DNA of 64,000 nt from positions 32,001-96,000 of IMG/VR virus record IMGVR_UViG_3300046804_003518; one strand, written 5' to 3'. The DNA comes from a virus. The notes beneath the pieces were generated by a model. It was given only the letters and a program-made list of their open reading frames with translations, did no database searches and had not been told where the DNA came from. Every line of letters begins with the position of its first letter. Positions within the stretch are counted from its first letter, which is position 1. Positions 17,054-27,400 of this stretch are shown piece after piece. A program made the position numbers and the translations under genes.

Positions 17054-20000
17054 ATGGCAACAAAGTTTCAGATTAAAAGAACGTCTGTAGCTGGACGTAC
17101 GCCTAATACATCTAATCAGGCTAATTCATCCTATATTGCAGCTGGTGAGCTAGCTGTCAATCTTACGGACAAAAAGCTATATTCTTCTAATGGTACCTAT
17201 CATTTTGAGATTGGTGCCTTTGATGTACAGTTAGTTAATTCAACTTCTAACGTATCCACATACACACAAATTTCTACTCTTCAATTTGACGAAGATAGTG
17301 GGTTTGATGTAACAAATCCTTCCGCGGGCATTGCTAAGGTTGCAATGAACAGTACATTCAAGTACTGGCAAGTTGATGGTGTTACTAAGCTAACTGCAAC
17401 TGGTCTTGATACCGTAAACTTTATCGGTGGCAATAATGTTCTAATTACTGCCAATGGTGCCAATACACCTCAATCTATTGCCTTTGCAACTTCAATGACG
17501 CCAACATTTACAAGCGTCACGTTTGGCAATAGCACAGTTAACACAACAATCAATTCTTCTGCTATTGCAGTCACTAAAATTTTTGCAAACGGTTTTGTTG
17601 GCACAGCTGGTAAGGTACTGACTTCAAATGGCACAGGTGGCATCTATTGGAGTGATCCAACATCTGGTGGCGGTGGCGGTGGTGACCTTACAATTATTAG
17701 CGATACGTTTAATGGTAATGGATCTAACACACAATTTACTTTATCAGTTACAACACAAACCAATAAAACATTTGTTTACCTAAATGGTGTCCTACAAGCT
17801 CCAACAACAGATTACTCTGTTGCCAACAATATTCTAACATTTGCAACAGCTCCTCCAAGTGATAATGCTATTGAAGTAAGAACCTTTGACATTCCATCTG
17901 TTGCTGACTTGACAGTTACAAGCGACAACTTTACTGGCAATGGTTCCAATACCCAGTTCACACTTACAACATCATTATCATCAGACCAAACATCGTTAGT
18001 ATTTCTAAACGGTGTCGCTCAAGTACCAACAACAGATTATACAATATCTGGTAGTACTCTAACATTTACAGCTGCTCCAGCTAATGGTACCAATATCCAG
18101 GTTACTAGCTATACCGCTGAAGATATTGCTACAACAACGTATACTGGTAATGGATCTAACACACAATTTACACTTGGTACAACATCTACCACTTCTAAGA
18201 CAGTAGTTTCTCTCAACGGTGTTACTCAAACTCCTGTTGCTGACTATAGCGTTTCAGGTGCTATTCTAGTCTTTAGTGTTGCACCAGCCAACGGCGATAA
18301 GATCATTGCTAGATCAATCCCATCTACAGCATCGTCTACTGCTGGTAGTAACACTAATGTCCAATACAATAAGTCTGGGTCGCTTGGTGGCTCGGCTGGC
18401 TTTGTGTTTGATGAGACAACCAACAACGTCACGATTGCTAATACATTAACTGTACCTAACCTAAGAATTAGTGCCTCTAACCCTCCAGCCAACTCTACTG
18501 CCACTGGTACGACTGGTACTATTGCTTGGGATAGTAGCTACCTATATGTTGCCACTGGCACAAATACTTGGAAGAAGACACCAATTACTACTGATGGTGC
18601 TGGTGGCGGAGGTAGTGCCAATACTGCCGGCGCCAATACTGAAATTCAATTTAACGACAGTAATGCTCTTGGAGCTAATAGTAAGTTCACGTTTAATAAG
18701 GACACAACGACATTAGCAATTGGCTCAAACGTAACAGTCAATACAAGTACTATCTTTATTGGTAACAGTACAGTCAACACAACAATCACAGCCGGCAATG
18801 TTCATCTTCAAGGCACTCAGTTAACTGTTGGCAATGTTGTTATTACAGGATCGCAAATCACTGTTGGTAATAGTACTGTTAATACAGTAATTGGTGCCAA
18901 TTCGTTTGGTGTCGGAATGTTGAGGGATTCATTTACTGGTAATGGATCAAACACCCAATATACATTATCATCTACACCAACTGACGAAAGTCACACACTT
19001 GTATTTGTTGATAGAGTTATTCAAAGAGATGCTGATTATAATATATCTGGTACAACATTAACATTTACAGCAGCTCCTGATAACGGGTCAGAAATAGATG
19101 TTTATATTGCCCGAGCTGGAATAGCCACGTTGTCAGGCAATGGTTCTTCAATTACATCTGTTAATGCAGCTACAGTTGGTGGCAACACTGCTTCTACACT
19201 AAGATCATATTCAGATACAGTTGCTGCCACTGCTTTCTCTAATGCTGCTGCAAGAGCCGATTCAGCTTATTCTAATGCTGTAAGTTATGCAGACACCAAA
19301 GCAGCTACAGCTTATAGTAACGCCACAAGTTATGCTGATACAAAGGCAGCTACTGCCTATTCAAATGCAACCTCATACGCTGACACTAAGGCGGCCACAG
19401 CATTTTCTAACGCAGCCTCAAGAGCTGATAGTGCATATAGTAATGCAGTAAGTTATGCAGATACAAAGGCAGCAACAGCTTATAGCAATGCTACATCGTA
19501 CGCTGATACTAAAGCCTCGGCCGCTTACTCAAATGCGATTGCCTACTCGGGTAATGCGGCGGCCGCCTATACCAATGCAGTTGCATATGCTAACTCAACA
19601 TTCCTACCTCTTGCTGGTGGAACATTAAATGGTACACTGACATTTGGGAATAGCACTGTTAATACAGTAATTAATTCCACTTCTGTTGTTGTTACAAAGG
19701 TTGTTGCTAATAGTTCTGCTGGATCAGACGGACAAATACTAACGTCTAATGGAGCTGGTGTTTATTGGGCTAATGCAGCATCAACATCAAAGTATTCCAA
19801 TCAGTATTTACTCACTGGAACAACAACAAATGCTACAGAAACAGAAATATTCATTGATGGTGGAGCAACAAGAATACCAGTAGCAGTCAATAAGACAGTT
19901 TACTACACAATTGATTGTGTCTGTAGAAGAACAGACTCAACAGGTGACCACGGCGCGTTTTTTCTAAAGGGTGTTGCAACAAATGCAAGCGGAACAACAA

Positions 20001-20164
20001 CAGACGTTGGTTCTATTTACGAAGTTATTGTTACTAGGTCTGATGCTAACTTTGCAATTGACGCCAGAGCAAATAACGCAAGCGATTCAGTAAACATATT
20101 TGTTACCGGGGCAACAGGAAAGACTGTGTCCTGGAGTTGTGTCGTTACAACAATGGAAGTATAA
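17054..20164 (+). CDS. Tail fibre protein: gp37-like anchor, four ~60-aa beta-sandwich repeats, coiled-coil stalk, C-terminal head
   Basis: FQIKRT..AG..P...GELAVNL.D.KLYS anchor; four repeats of (F/Y).GNGSNTQ(F/Y)TL...V.L(N/D)GV.Q.P..DY...G..L.F..AP.NG..I; AYSNATSYADTKAAT repeats. Confidence 0.8.
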   Translation: MATKFQIKRTSVAGRTPNTSNQANSSYIAAGELAVNLTDKKLYSSNGTYHFEIGAFDVQLVNSTSNVSTYTQISTLQFDEDSGFDVTNPSAGIAKVAMNSTFKYWQVDGVTKLTATGLDTVNFIGGNNVLITANGANTPQSIAFATSMTPTFTSVTFGNSTVNTTINSSAIAVTKIFANGFVGTAGKVLTSNGTGGIYWSDPTSGGGGGGDLTIISDTFNGNGSNTQFTLSVTTQTNKTFVYLNGVLQAPTTDYSVANNILTFATAPPSDNAIEVRTFDIPSVADLTVTSDNFTGNGSNTQFTLTTSLSSDQTSLVFLNGVAQVPTTDYTISGSTLTFTAAPANGTNIQVTSYTAEDIATTTYTGNGSNTQFTLGTTSTTSKTVVSLNGVTQTPVADYSVSGAILVFSVAPANGDKIIARSIPSTASSTAGSNTNVQYNKSGSLGGSAGFVFDETTNNVTIANTLTVPNLRISASNPPANSTATGTTGTIAWDSSYLYVATGTNTWKKTPITTDGAGGGGSANTAGANTEIQFNDSNALGANSKFTFNKDTTTLAIGSNVTVNTSTIFIGNSTVNTTITAGNVHLQGTQLTVGNVVITGSQITVGNSTVNTVIGANSFGVGMLRDSFTGNGSNTQYTLSSTPTDESHTLVFVDRVIQRDADYNISGTTLTFTAAPDNGSEIDVYIARAGIATLSGNGSSITSVNAATVGGNTASTLRSYSDTVAATAFSNAAARADSAYSNAVSYADTKAATAYSNATSYADTKAATAYSNATSYADTKAATAFSNAASRADSAYSNAVSYADTKAATAYSNATSYADTKASAAYSNAIAYSGNAAAAYTNAVAYANSTFLPLAGGTLNGTLTFGNSTVNTVINSTSVVVTKVVANSSAGSDGQILTSNGAGVYWANAASTSKYSNQYLLTGTTTNATETEIFIDGGATRIPVAVNKTVYYTIDCVCRRTDSTGDHGAFFLKGVATNASGTTTDVGSIYEVIVTRSDANFAIDARANNASDSVNIFVTGATGKTVSWSCVVTTMEV
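19232..19594 (+). repeat. Coding tandem repeats of 15 aa (AYSNATSYADTKAAT) and 11 aa (AFSNAAARADS)
   Basis: Read directly from the translation; codons are diverged between copies. Confidence 0.9.
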
Positions 20165-20167
20165 CAA

Positions 20168-20635
20168 ATGCCAACAAGAACAAGAAGTATTTTAATTGAT
20201 AACACACTAGGTAAAATCTTTACCGGTGTTGCTAATTCTGGAACAACTGATGTTTCAAAGTTAATAGCTGGCACCAAAATACAAAACAAGGGGGTAAGTG
20301 CTCCATCTAAAAATAATATCGTTGCAGCCACCAATATTGGGGATGGTAAGGGTGTTTATTTTTCAGCAGATAGCCTGATTGTCCAAGTTGTTCTAAAAGC
20401 TAGTATAGCCCCCAAGGGGAGAGCGGCGCAAGTTAGATTGAAGAAAGGATCGGATGGTTATAGCAATTCAACAGTTATTGACACCTATTCGTTACCAGCT
20501 AACTCAGTTTCCGCTACAATAAATACTAACATAAGCATTTTGGCAGGCCAATCTGTATTTGCAGATGTTGTCCAAGGTGGTTCAACCACTCCTGGTCAGG
20601 GATTATCCATTGCATACAATTATTACTCAGGTTAA
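20168..20635 (+). CDS. Hypothetical virion protein, fibre cluster
   Basis: Clean ORF with a beta-rich C-terminus (VFADVVQ.GS..PG.GL.I.Y). Confidence 0.6.
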   Translation: MPTRTRSILIDNTLGKIFTGVANSGTTDVSKLIAGTKIQNKGVSAPSKNNIVAATNIGDGKGVYFSADSLIVQVVLKASIAPKGRAAQVRLKKGSDGYSNSTVIDTYSLPANSVSATINTNISILAGQSVFADVVQGGSTTPGQGLSIAYNYYSG

Positions 20636-20639
20636 TTAT

Positions 20640-20849
20640 ATGGAAGAAGTATCAAAATATTTTAATAATGCAACGTATTATAGCTTCAATGGGCCAAGAG
20701 TAGATTTTAATCAATTCATGGTCGATAACAACGCTAGCCATACAACTTTGGTTGTCATGGATACGATTTATTTTATAACAAACGTAGAAGATGTTAGTTT
20801 TCTACAAAGCGATCCAAGAGTAACTACCTTCAATGGTAGTGGGGGTTAA
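20640..20849 (+). CDS. Small hypothetical protein
   Basis: ATG at 20640 follows the upstream stop (MEEVSKYF...); the 20559 start in the ORF track overlaps the previous gene. Confidence 0.55.
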   Translation: MEEVSKYFNNATYYSFNGPRVDFNQFMVDNNASHTTLVVMDTIYFITNVEDVSFLQSDPRVTTFNGSGG

Positions 20850-20853
20850 TTAG

Positions 20854-21879
20854 ATGTACGCCAAGTTAGTTGTAGGTAATGCTAATATTCACCACGTTGG
20901 TGCAATGAGAGATATTGGTAGATTACTTGTATCGAGTAACCCTAGTACTGCAAACCTTTTATATTTTAGTAATACTTCAAGTGTTATAGTAAGTAATACA
21001 CCTGCAGGCTGGACGTATGTTGGAAGTAACGTGGCAAATGATCAGCCAACAATTAGTACCGAATCAGTAGCATCTCCTACAAGAACAACTGGTCATAGTC
21101 TTGTATTTTCTGCTCCTTGCTTAGATAATTCAAAGACAAAGTATCTAGTTTTGGGTAATTACGTTGGAAACGCAGTTTCAACAAATGCCTTTTCAATGAT
21201 GGCATGTTCATCATCAACTAACCTTGGTGTAATGACAAATAGAACCCCTGCTTCAAATACTGTAGGCACCTTGACGTCGCCCTCGCCCAGAATGATTCCA
21301 ACTATCTCAGGTACTGTAATTCACCTTTTAGCAACAGCCAGACATTGTACGCTAATTGTTGAAGGAATAGGATATCATGGATTATGGGAATCTTCTCAAA
21401 CTTCAGTCCATGATTTTTATAATGTTGCACCTTTCATAATAATTAATAATCCTAACAATAGCGCAACAGTTATTGAGACAATTACAACAGATGGTACTGC
21501 AATGCAACAACAAGGATATGCCGTCAATGTGACAAATCCTTCAACGGGTACTAATTACGGGGTTTACAACATATATTCTGGTTCAGCTCAAAATAAAGCT
21601 TACAACCAAAATAATTTATTCTGGGTATCAGGTAATGCTGTTAGAGAGAATACAATTGACTCAAGCGGCAACCCAAGATATCAGATTGATCCAGTATGGT
21701 ATAAAATGGGTGATATAAGCTTTCCTGCGTCATTTGTTACAGGAGTGTGCCCAATTTATTGGACAAAGGGAGGTATTGGCTCAACAGGTGATACAGTTAA
21801 TGTTAATGGTGATACCTATACTTTCTTTAACGCAGGAACATCTACCAACATGCCTGGGCTATTGATTAAGGTAGAGTAG
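20854..21879 (+). CDS. Hypothetical virion/fibre-tip protein
   Basis: 341-aa beta-rich ORF ending G.TGDTV.V.GDTY.FF, within the fibre operon. Confidence 0.55.
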   Translation: MYAKLVVGNANIHHVGAMRDIGRLLVSSNPSTANLLYFSNTSSVIVSNTPAGWTYVGSNVANDQPTISTESVASPTRTTGHSLVFSAPCLDNSKTKYLVLGNYVGNAVSTNAFSMMACSSSTNLGVMTNRTPASNTVGTLTSPSPRMIPTISGTVIHLLATARHCTLIVEGIGYHGLWESSQTSVHDFYNVAPFIIINNPNNSATVIETITTDGTAMQQQGYAVNVTNPSTGTNYGVYNIYSGSAQNKAYNQNNLFWVSGNAVRENTIDSSGNPRYQIDPVWYKMGDISFPASFVTGVCPIYWTKGGIGSTGDTVNVNGDTYTFFNAGTSTNMPGLLIKVE

Positions 21880-21880
21880 T

Positions 21881-22054
21881 ATGGCTGCATTACAATATAC
21901 TATAGTTCAGCAAGATATTACAAATTATGCCAATACAACTGTAGCAGCATTAGTTGGTCTTGTTGGTGGATATAATGTTAATAAAGAATTGCAGATTGCG
22001 TTAGATCCATTAATTGATAAATCGTTAGTTGCTCCAGAAGAAGCTTACACTTAG
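21881..22054 (+). CDS. Small hypothetical protein (57 aa, not in the ORF track)
   Basis: Manual translation MAALQYTIVQQDITNY...VAPEEAYT*; fills the gap between flanking genes. Confidence 0.55.
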   Translation: MAALQYTIVQQDITNYANTTVAALVGLVGGYNVNKELQIALDPLIDKSLVAPEEAYT

Positions 22055-22068
22055 TAGAGTATACAAAT

Positions 22069-22664
22069 ATGCCAGGCAAATTACAAGGTAGAGCAATATC
22101 TAATACGGCAAACGTAATCTTACAGTCTATCACTGTAGGTAACTCTACCTCTAACGCCACTGTAAATTCAACAGCGGTTGTTATTGGCAATGTCACAATT
22201 ACCGCCTCTCAGATTGCCGTTGGCAACTCAACAGTCAATGCTGTAATTAATAGCTCAGCTGTTACAGCAGCTGGCGGTGCAACATTTGGTGGCCACCTAA
22301 TGCCATCAGCCAATATCACCTACGATATTGGTAATTCTTCAATGCGCTGGAGAGATTTGTGGTTGTCTGGTACGACTATTAATCTTGGTGGTGCCACAAT
22401 TAAGACAGACACCGATACTGGTGCTGTTGCCATTATTCCTAAACCAACAACCGATACACCAGATCCACTTGCCGTAGTCATCTCGCCAGCTGGTGGTGTC
22501 ACTGCAGTACCAACAACTGGTGGTATGGTGCTTGTTGGGATGGCAATTATTTTGGTGGTGGTGGCTATCAAGATGCACCTTATTGGGTAGGTTCTGGCGG
22601 AGATTATTATGCTTATGGTGCCGCTTATGTTTGTTGGTACGACTCGAGCTTTGACACACTATGA
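22069..22664 (+). pseudogene. Fibre gene 5' half joined out of frame to the 3' end of a Gly/Tyr/Trp-rich adhesin-like gene
   Basis: Fibre motifs (GNSTVN, HLMPSANITYDIG..RWRDLWLSG.TI) run to about 22524 and the frame then turns into hydrophobic filler. The -1 frame reads YGACWDGNYFGGGGYQDAPYWVGSGGDYYAYGAAYVCWYDSSFDTL*, and its TGA overlaps the next ATG (ATGA 22661-22664). Confidence 0.65.
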
Positions 22665-22891
22665 ATATACAACTAAAACAAATGAAGCTATTTGTTAAGA
22701 AAATAGACAGCGAAAAATATAAAAGAACAATCACAGATTTACAAGGTAATTTAATCTGGGATGGTGGCGAGCAGTTTTACGTTTATCAAAATATGGTTAC
22801 TATGGATAAAGAAAGAATGAATAATCTTATTACACAAATGAAACAGCTACCATTCTGGAATATAGTAGAGGTAGAAAATGACTTTGCCTAA
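22661..22891 (+). CDS. Small hypothetical protein, possible fibre chaperone
   Basis: 76-aa ORF with ATGA overlap upstream. Confidence 0.5.
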   Translation: MNIQLKQMKLFVKKIDSEKYKRTITDLQGNLIWDGGEQFYVYQNMVTMDKERMNNLITQMKQLPFWNIVEVENDFA

Positions 22892-23042
22892 TAAAAAGTT
22901 TATTAACATGGATAAAAACTCAGACAATACCTGGTGGGTAGATGTTTTGGATACTTCTTTGGAGCACCCTAGAATGCTTCGTGAAGAATTTGATACAGAG
23001 GCAGAAGCCAGAGCCTATTACAACGAGTTAATGGATCAATAA
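22878..23042 (+). CDS. Small hypothetical protein (54 aa, not in the ORF track)
   Basis: MTLPNKKFINMDKNSDNTWWVDV...FDTEAEARAYYNELMDQ*; RBS GAGG at about 22868. Confidence 0.5.
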   Translation: MTLPNKKFINMDKNSDNTWWVDVLDTSLEHPRMLREEFDTEAEARAYYNELMDQ

Positions 23043-23050
23043 GTAGTTAA

Positions 23051-24151
23051 ATGGCAACAACAGCTAAAATCGCAAGGACGGATGTACCTGGTGAAGTACC
23101 AAATATATCCGACAGCTCAAATAGTTCATACATTGAACCAGGTGCATTGTTCATCAATGTCACTGATCAAAAGCTATACTCTTCAAATGGGTCAAACTAT
23201 TTTCAGATTAGTGGGTCTGGTGGTGGGTCTGCTAATGTTTCTGTCATTTCCCAAACATTCACTGGCAATGACACAAACACACAGTTTACACTATCCACTT
23301 CTGCCAATACATCTAGAACATTTATATTCTTAAATGGTGTTGCCCAGGTACCAACTACTGACTATTCTATAACCGGTACTACACTAACATTTGTTACTGC
23401 TCCTGCCAATACTGATACTATCCATGCCCATATTCTGGATATTAGTAACCCAAATGATGTGGAGTTTACATTTGATAATTTTGTTGGTAATGATACCAAT
23501 ACCCAGTTTACGCTTGGTTCATCTCTATCATCTAATGCGTATGCGTTAGTATTTCTAAACGGTGTTGCCCAGGTACCAACCAACGATTATGGTGTATCTG
23601 GCGCCAATCTAACATTCACTGTTGCACCAACATCAACAGATAACATTAACATTGTTGGTATTAATGCTGCCGATAACTTAATGGTGACAACATTTATTGG
23701 AGATGGCACAACAAAGAACTTCACTCTAACAGACCCATCTACAACAAATAAGACATTTGTTTATTTAAATGGTGTTGTCCAGAGGCCAACAACTGACTTT
23801 TTTGTGACAAATAAAACACTAACATTTATTACAGCGCCAGCAAATAACGACAAAATTACAGTAAGAACCTTTTTCTATAGACTAGATGCAAGCGGCACAA
23901 ACACGTTTGTCCAGTTTAATGATTCAAATGATATTAGTGGGTCACCAGGATTCACGTTTGATAAGACAACAAACAACGTATCAGTAGCTAATACTTTAAG
24001 TATTGGCCAGCTAAGATTTACGGCCTCAAACCCTCCTGCGACAGCTGTTGCTCCTGGAGTGGCAGGAACAATAACGTGGGATTCGACCTATATCTACGTT
24101 TGTGTTGCTACAAACACGTGGAAGAGGGTTCAGATAGCAACTTGGCCATAG
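23051..24151 (+). CDS. Short fibre protein, paralogue of the N-terminal half of the 17054 gene
   Basis: Same anchor (SSYI..G.L..N.TD.KLYSSNG), three beta-sandwich repeats, and SNPPA....G..GTI.WDS.Y.YV....NTWK at the C-terminus. Confidence 0.8.
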   Translation: MATTAKIARTDVPGEVPNISDSSNSSYIEPGALFINVTDQKLYSSNGSNYFQISGSGGGSANVSVISQTFTGNDTNTQFTLSTSANTSRTFIFLNGVAQVPTTDYSITGTTLTFVTAPANTDTIHAHILDISNPNDVEFTFDNFVGNDTNTQFTLGSSLSSNAYALVFLNGVAQVPTNDYGVSGANLTFTVAPTSTDNINIVGINAADNLMVTTFIGDGTTKNFTLTDPSTTNKTFVYLNGVVQRPTTDFFVTNKTLTFITAPANNDKITVRTFFYRLDASGTNTFVQFNDSNDISGSPGFTFDKTTNNVSVANTLSIGQLRFTASNPPATAVAPGVAGTITWDSTYIYVCVATNTWKRVQIATWP

Positions 24152-24161
24152 TTTAAAATAA

Positions 24162-24169
24162 CATAAATA
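24162..24169 (+). promoter_or_regulatory. Late promoter variant
   Basis: CATAAATA upstream of the 24210/24411 genes. Confidence 0.6.
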
Positions 24170-24209
24170 AACAAGACCCTTCAACCATTTTTAGTTAGGA
24201 TTAGACGGT

Positions 24210-24398
24210 ATGACAACTAAAATTAAACCATCTAACGTCGAAGAAGCTGTATATCCAGTCACTGCCAACAACGCAAATAACCTTGGCGGTACACCAGCTA
24301 ATCAACATTACACGGAAGCAAGAGTAACAATCACTGGTACAACCCCAACAAATGTGGGTGCAACATCTAACGGTCATATTTGGCTAGTTTACCAGTAA
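24210..24398 (+). CDS. 62-aa putative fibre-tip adaptor
   Basis: A.NA..LGG..A fibre motif and C-terminal TPT....SNGHIWLVY, similar to the P....GDIW..Y ends of fibres that carry a separate adhesin. Confidence 0.55.
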   Translation: MTTKIKPSNVEEAVYPVTANNANNLGGTPANQHYTEARVTITGTTPTNVGATSNGHIWLVYQ

Positions 24399-24410
24399 TA
24401 GGCTTATGTA

Positions 24411-27400
24411 ATGCCAGGTAAATTATTCTTTAATGACAACGGCACTCTGAGAGAAGCCGAAATTCTGAAAGTCAACGATGGCGGTATTCTACGTACCGTT
24501 AGGGATGCCTATGTTAATCAGAATGGTGTTCTAAGGCAAATTTACTCTGCTACAAAAGATACATCATACGAAACTTCTAGATCAACTGTATTTGAGACAG
24601 TCATTGTCACGACATTTGATACAACAATTTCAACAAATAGAAATACAACAACTGCTTTTGTGACGTTGTTTGAAACTGGCTATGATACAAGCAAGGCAAC
24701 TGCAACAAATAGAAACACTTCTACATCCAGAGCAACTGCCTACGCTACAACAAGAACAACTGCAACTGTATTTCAAACTTTAACCGTATTTGAAACAACA
24801 ATTGGTACTAATAGAGTAACATCAACCTCTAGGGCTACCACGACAAGTTTCCTCACTAACACTGTATTTGAAACAACTATCAATACAGCAAGAAATACTG
24901 CAACTTCTAGAGCTACCACAACAATATTTATTACAAACACTGTATTTGAAACAACTATCAATACAGCAAGAAATACTGCAACCTCAAAATCAACTGCAAC
25001 GGTATTTGACACCAATACAGTATTTGATACAACAATTAATACAGCAAGAAATACTGCAACAAGCAGAAGTACAGATTCTGTATTTGATACTGTAATTGGC
25101 ACAAATAGAACTACTCTATCTGTATTCAATACCGTTACGGCGTTTCAAACAACAACGGCGTTTGAAACTGCTTATGCTACAACCACAGTATTCAATACGA
25201 CAACTACGTTTGATACGGTAATTGATACTGCTCGTAATACAGCAACCACAAGATCTACAACCACTGCTTATGACACTGGGTATGATACAAGTAAGATAAC
25301 AAATACAGTATTCAATACTGGTACAATAAAAGATACCGTTATTGACACATCTAGATCTACTGCAACAAGTATAGCTACAACAACTGTCTTCCAGACGGCC
25401 TATGCTACAAGCAGAGCCACAGCAACTAGCAGATCTACAGATACTACAATTGATACATCTAGAGCTACAGCAACTAGCAGATCCACAGATACTACAATTG
25501 ATACATCTAGAGCAACGGCTACCTCTAGAGCAACTGACACAACAATTGTTACATCTAGGTTGACAGATACGTCTCAATCTACCACAACAACATTTAACAC
25601 AACAACGACGTTTGACACTGCTTACGCAACGACGACGACGTTTAATACTACAACTACGTTTGACACAGCATATGCTACGACAACAACGTTTAATACCACA
25701 ACTACGTTTGATACTATAATTGCAACAACAAGAGCAACAGACACTTCAAGATCAACCACTACTACGTTCCAAACAACGACAGTATTTCAAACAACTACTA
25801 CATTCCAAACAACAACTACGTTTAACACTATTACAACTTATATCACCTCTCTAGGTGGTAACACTGTATTCCAAACAACAACTACGTTTAATACTATTAC
25901 AACGTATATTACCACTCTTGTTGCTGGAACAACTAGAGCAACTGACACTTCAAGATCAACTACTACCACGTTCCAGACAACGACTGTATTTAATACAATC
26001 ACAACGTATATTACTACTCTTGTTAATGCAACTTCAAGAGCAACCGATACATCTAGAGCCACAACTACAACATTCCAGACTACAACTACATTTGGTACTA
26101 CGTTCTTCTTTAATACAAGTAAGGCAACAACATTCTACTTCAATACAACAACTACATTTGGTACTACGTTCTTCTTTAATACAAGTAAGGCAACTACGTT
26201 TTACTTCAACACATCTGTTATTACAACAACAACATTTATTACGTCAGCTGTTGGTCTTACAACGTTTATTACAACGGCTGTTGCTGGTACAAGTAAGGCA
26301 ACGACGTTCTACTTTAACACAACATACATCACAACAGCCGCTGCTGCAACCTCTAAGGCTACAACATTCTACTTTAACACAAGTGTTGGTGGTACTACAT
26401 ATTTCAGCTCAGGGTTCATAACAACATTCTACACAGTGATTGGTATAGCCTATTACAAATGGTGGTCAAACCAGTACTTTGGCAATACAACCAGAGCCAC
26501 ATCTGTAATTACATCCAAGGCTACAACATTCTACTTTGGCACAAGTGCTGGTGGTACTACCTACTTTAATACAACATTCTACTTTAATACAGTTAGAGGT
26601 ACCAGTGCTGGTGGTACTACTTTCTTCAACACTACCTTTTATTTCAATACGTCTAGAAACACGACGTTCTACTTTAACACAGCTAGAGCAACAACATCTA
26701 CCTTTATCACAACTCTAGGTGGTATCACAACATTCATTACAACTCTAGGTGGTACAACATCTAGAGCAACAGGTACTTCAGTTGGTGGTATTACTACATT
26801 TATTACAACATTGGGTGGTACAACATCTAGAGCAACAGATACGTCTAGAGCAACTACAACCACATTCCAAACAACAACAACGTTTAACACTACGTTCTTT
26901 TTTAATACAACTCTTGCTACAGCCACTTCTAGAGCAACAGATACGTCTAGAGCAACAACTACAACATTTCAGACAACAACTGCATTCAACACAACATTCT
27001 TCTTTAATACAACTCTAGCAACTGCAACTTCTAGAGCAACTGATACGTCTAGAGCAACTACGTTCTTCTTTAATACTACTTTGGCCACGGCAACAAGTAG
27101 AGCAACCGATACATCTAGAGTAACTGATACTTCTAGAGCTACTGACACATCTAGAGCTACAACAACAGTTTTCCAAACAACAACAACGTTTGAGACTGCC
27201 TATGCTACAAGCAGAGCTACCGCAACCAGCAGATCTACTGACACAACAATTAGCACATCTAGAGCTACTGCAACAAGTAGAGCAACAGATACAACAATTA
27301 GCACATCTAGAGCTACTGCAACAAGTAGAGCTACAACTACTGTCTTCCAGACAACAACAGCATTTAATACAGCTTATGCTACAACAACGGTATTTGATAC

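Noticed and set aside
22588-22590. Stop-codon reassignment (TAG read-through) to rescue ORF 22069
   Set aside because: Read-through gives only a short hydrophobic non-fibre extension. Other genes end cleanly at TAG and all core genes are full length in the standard code.
22524-22664. Diversity-generating retroelement variable region
   Set aside because: The segment is aromatic- and Gly-rich, but no second near-identical template copy and no reverse transcriptase are present in the window.
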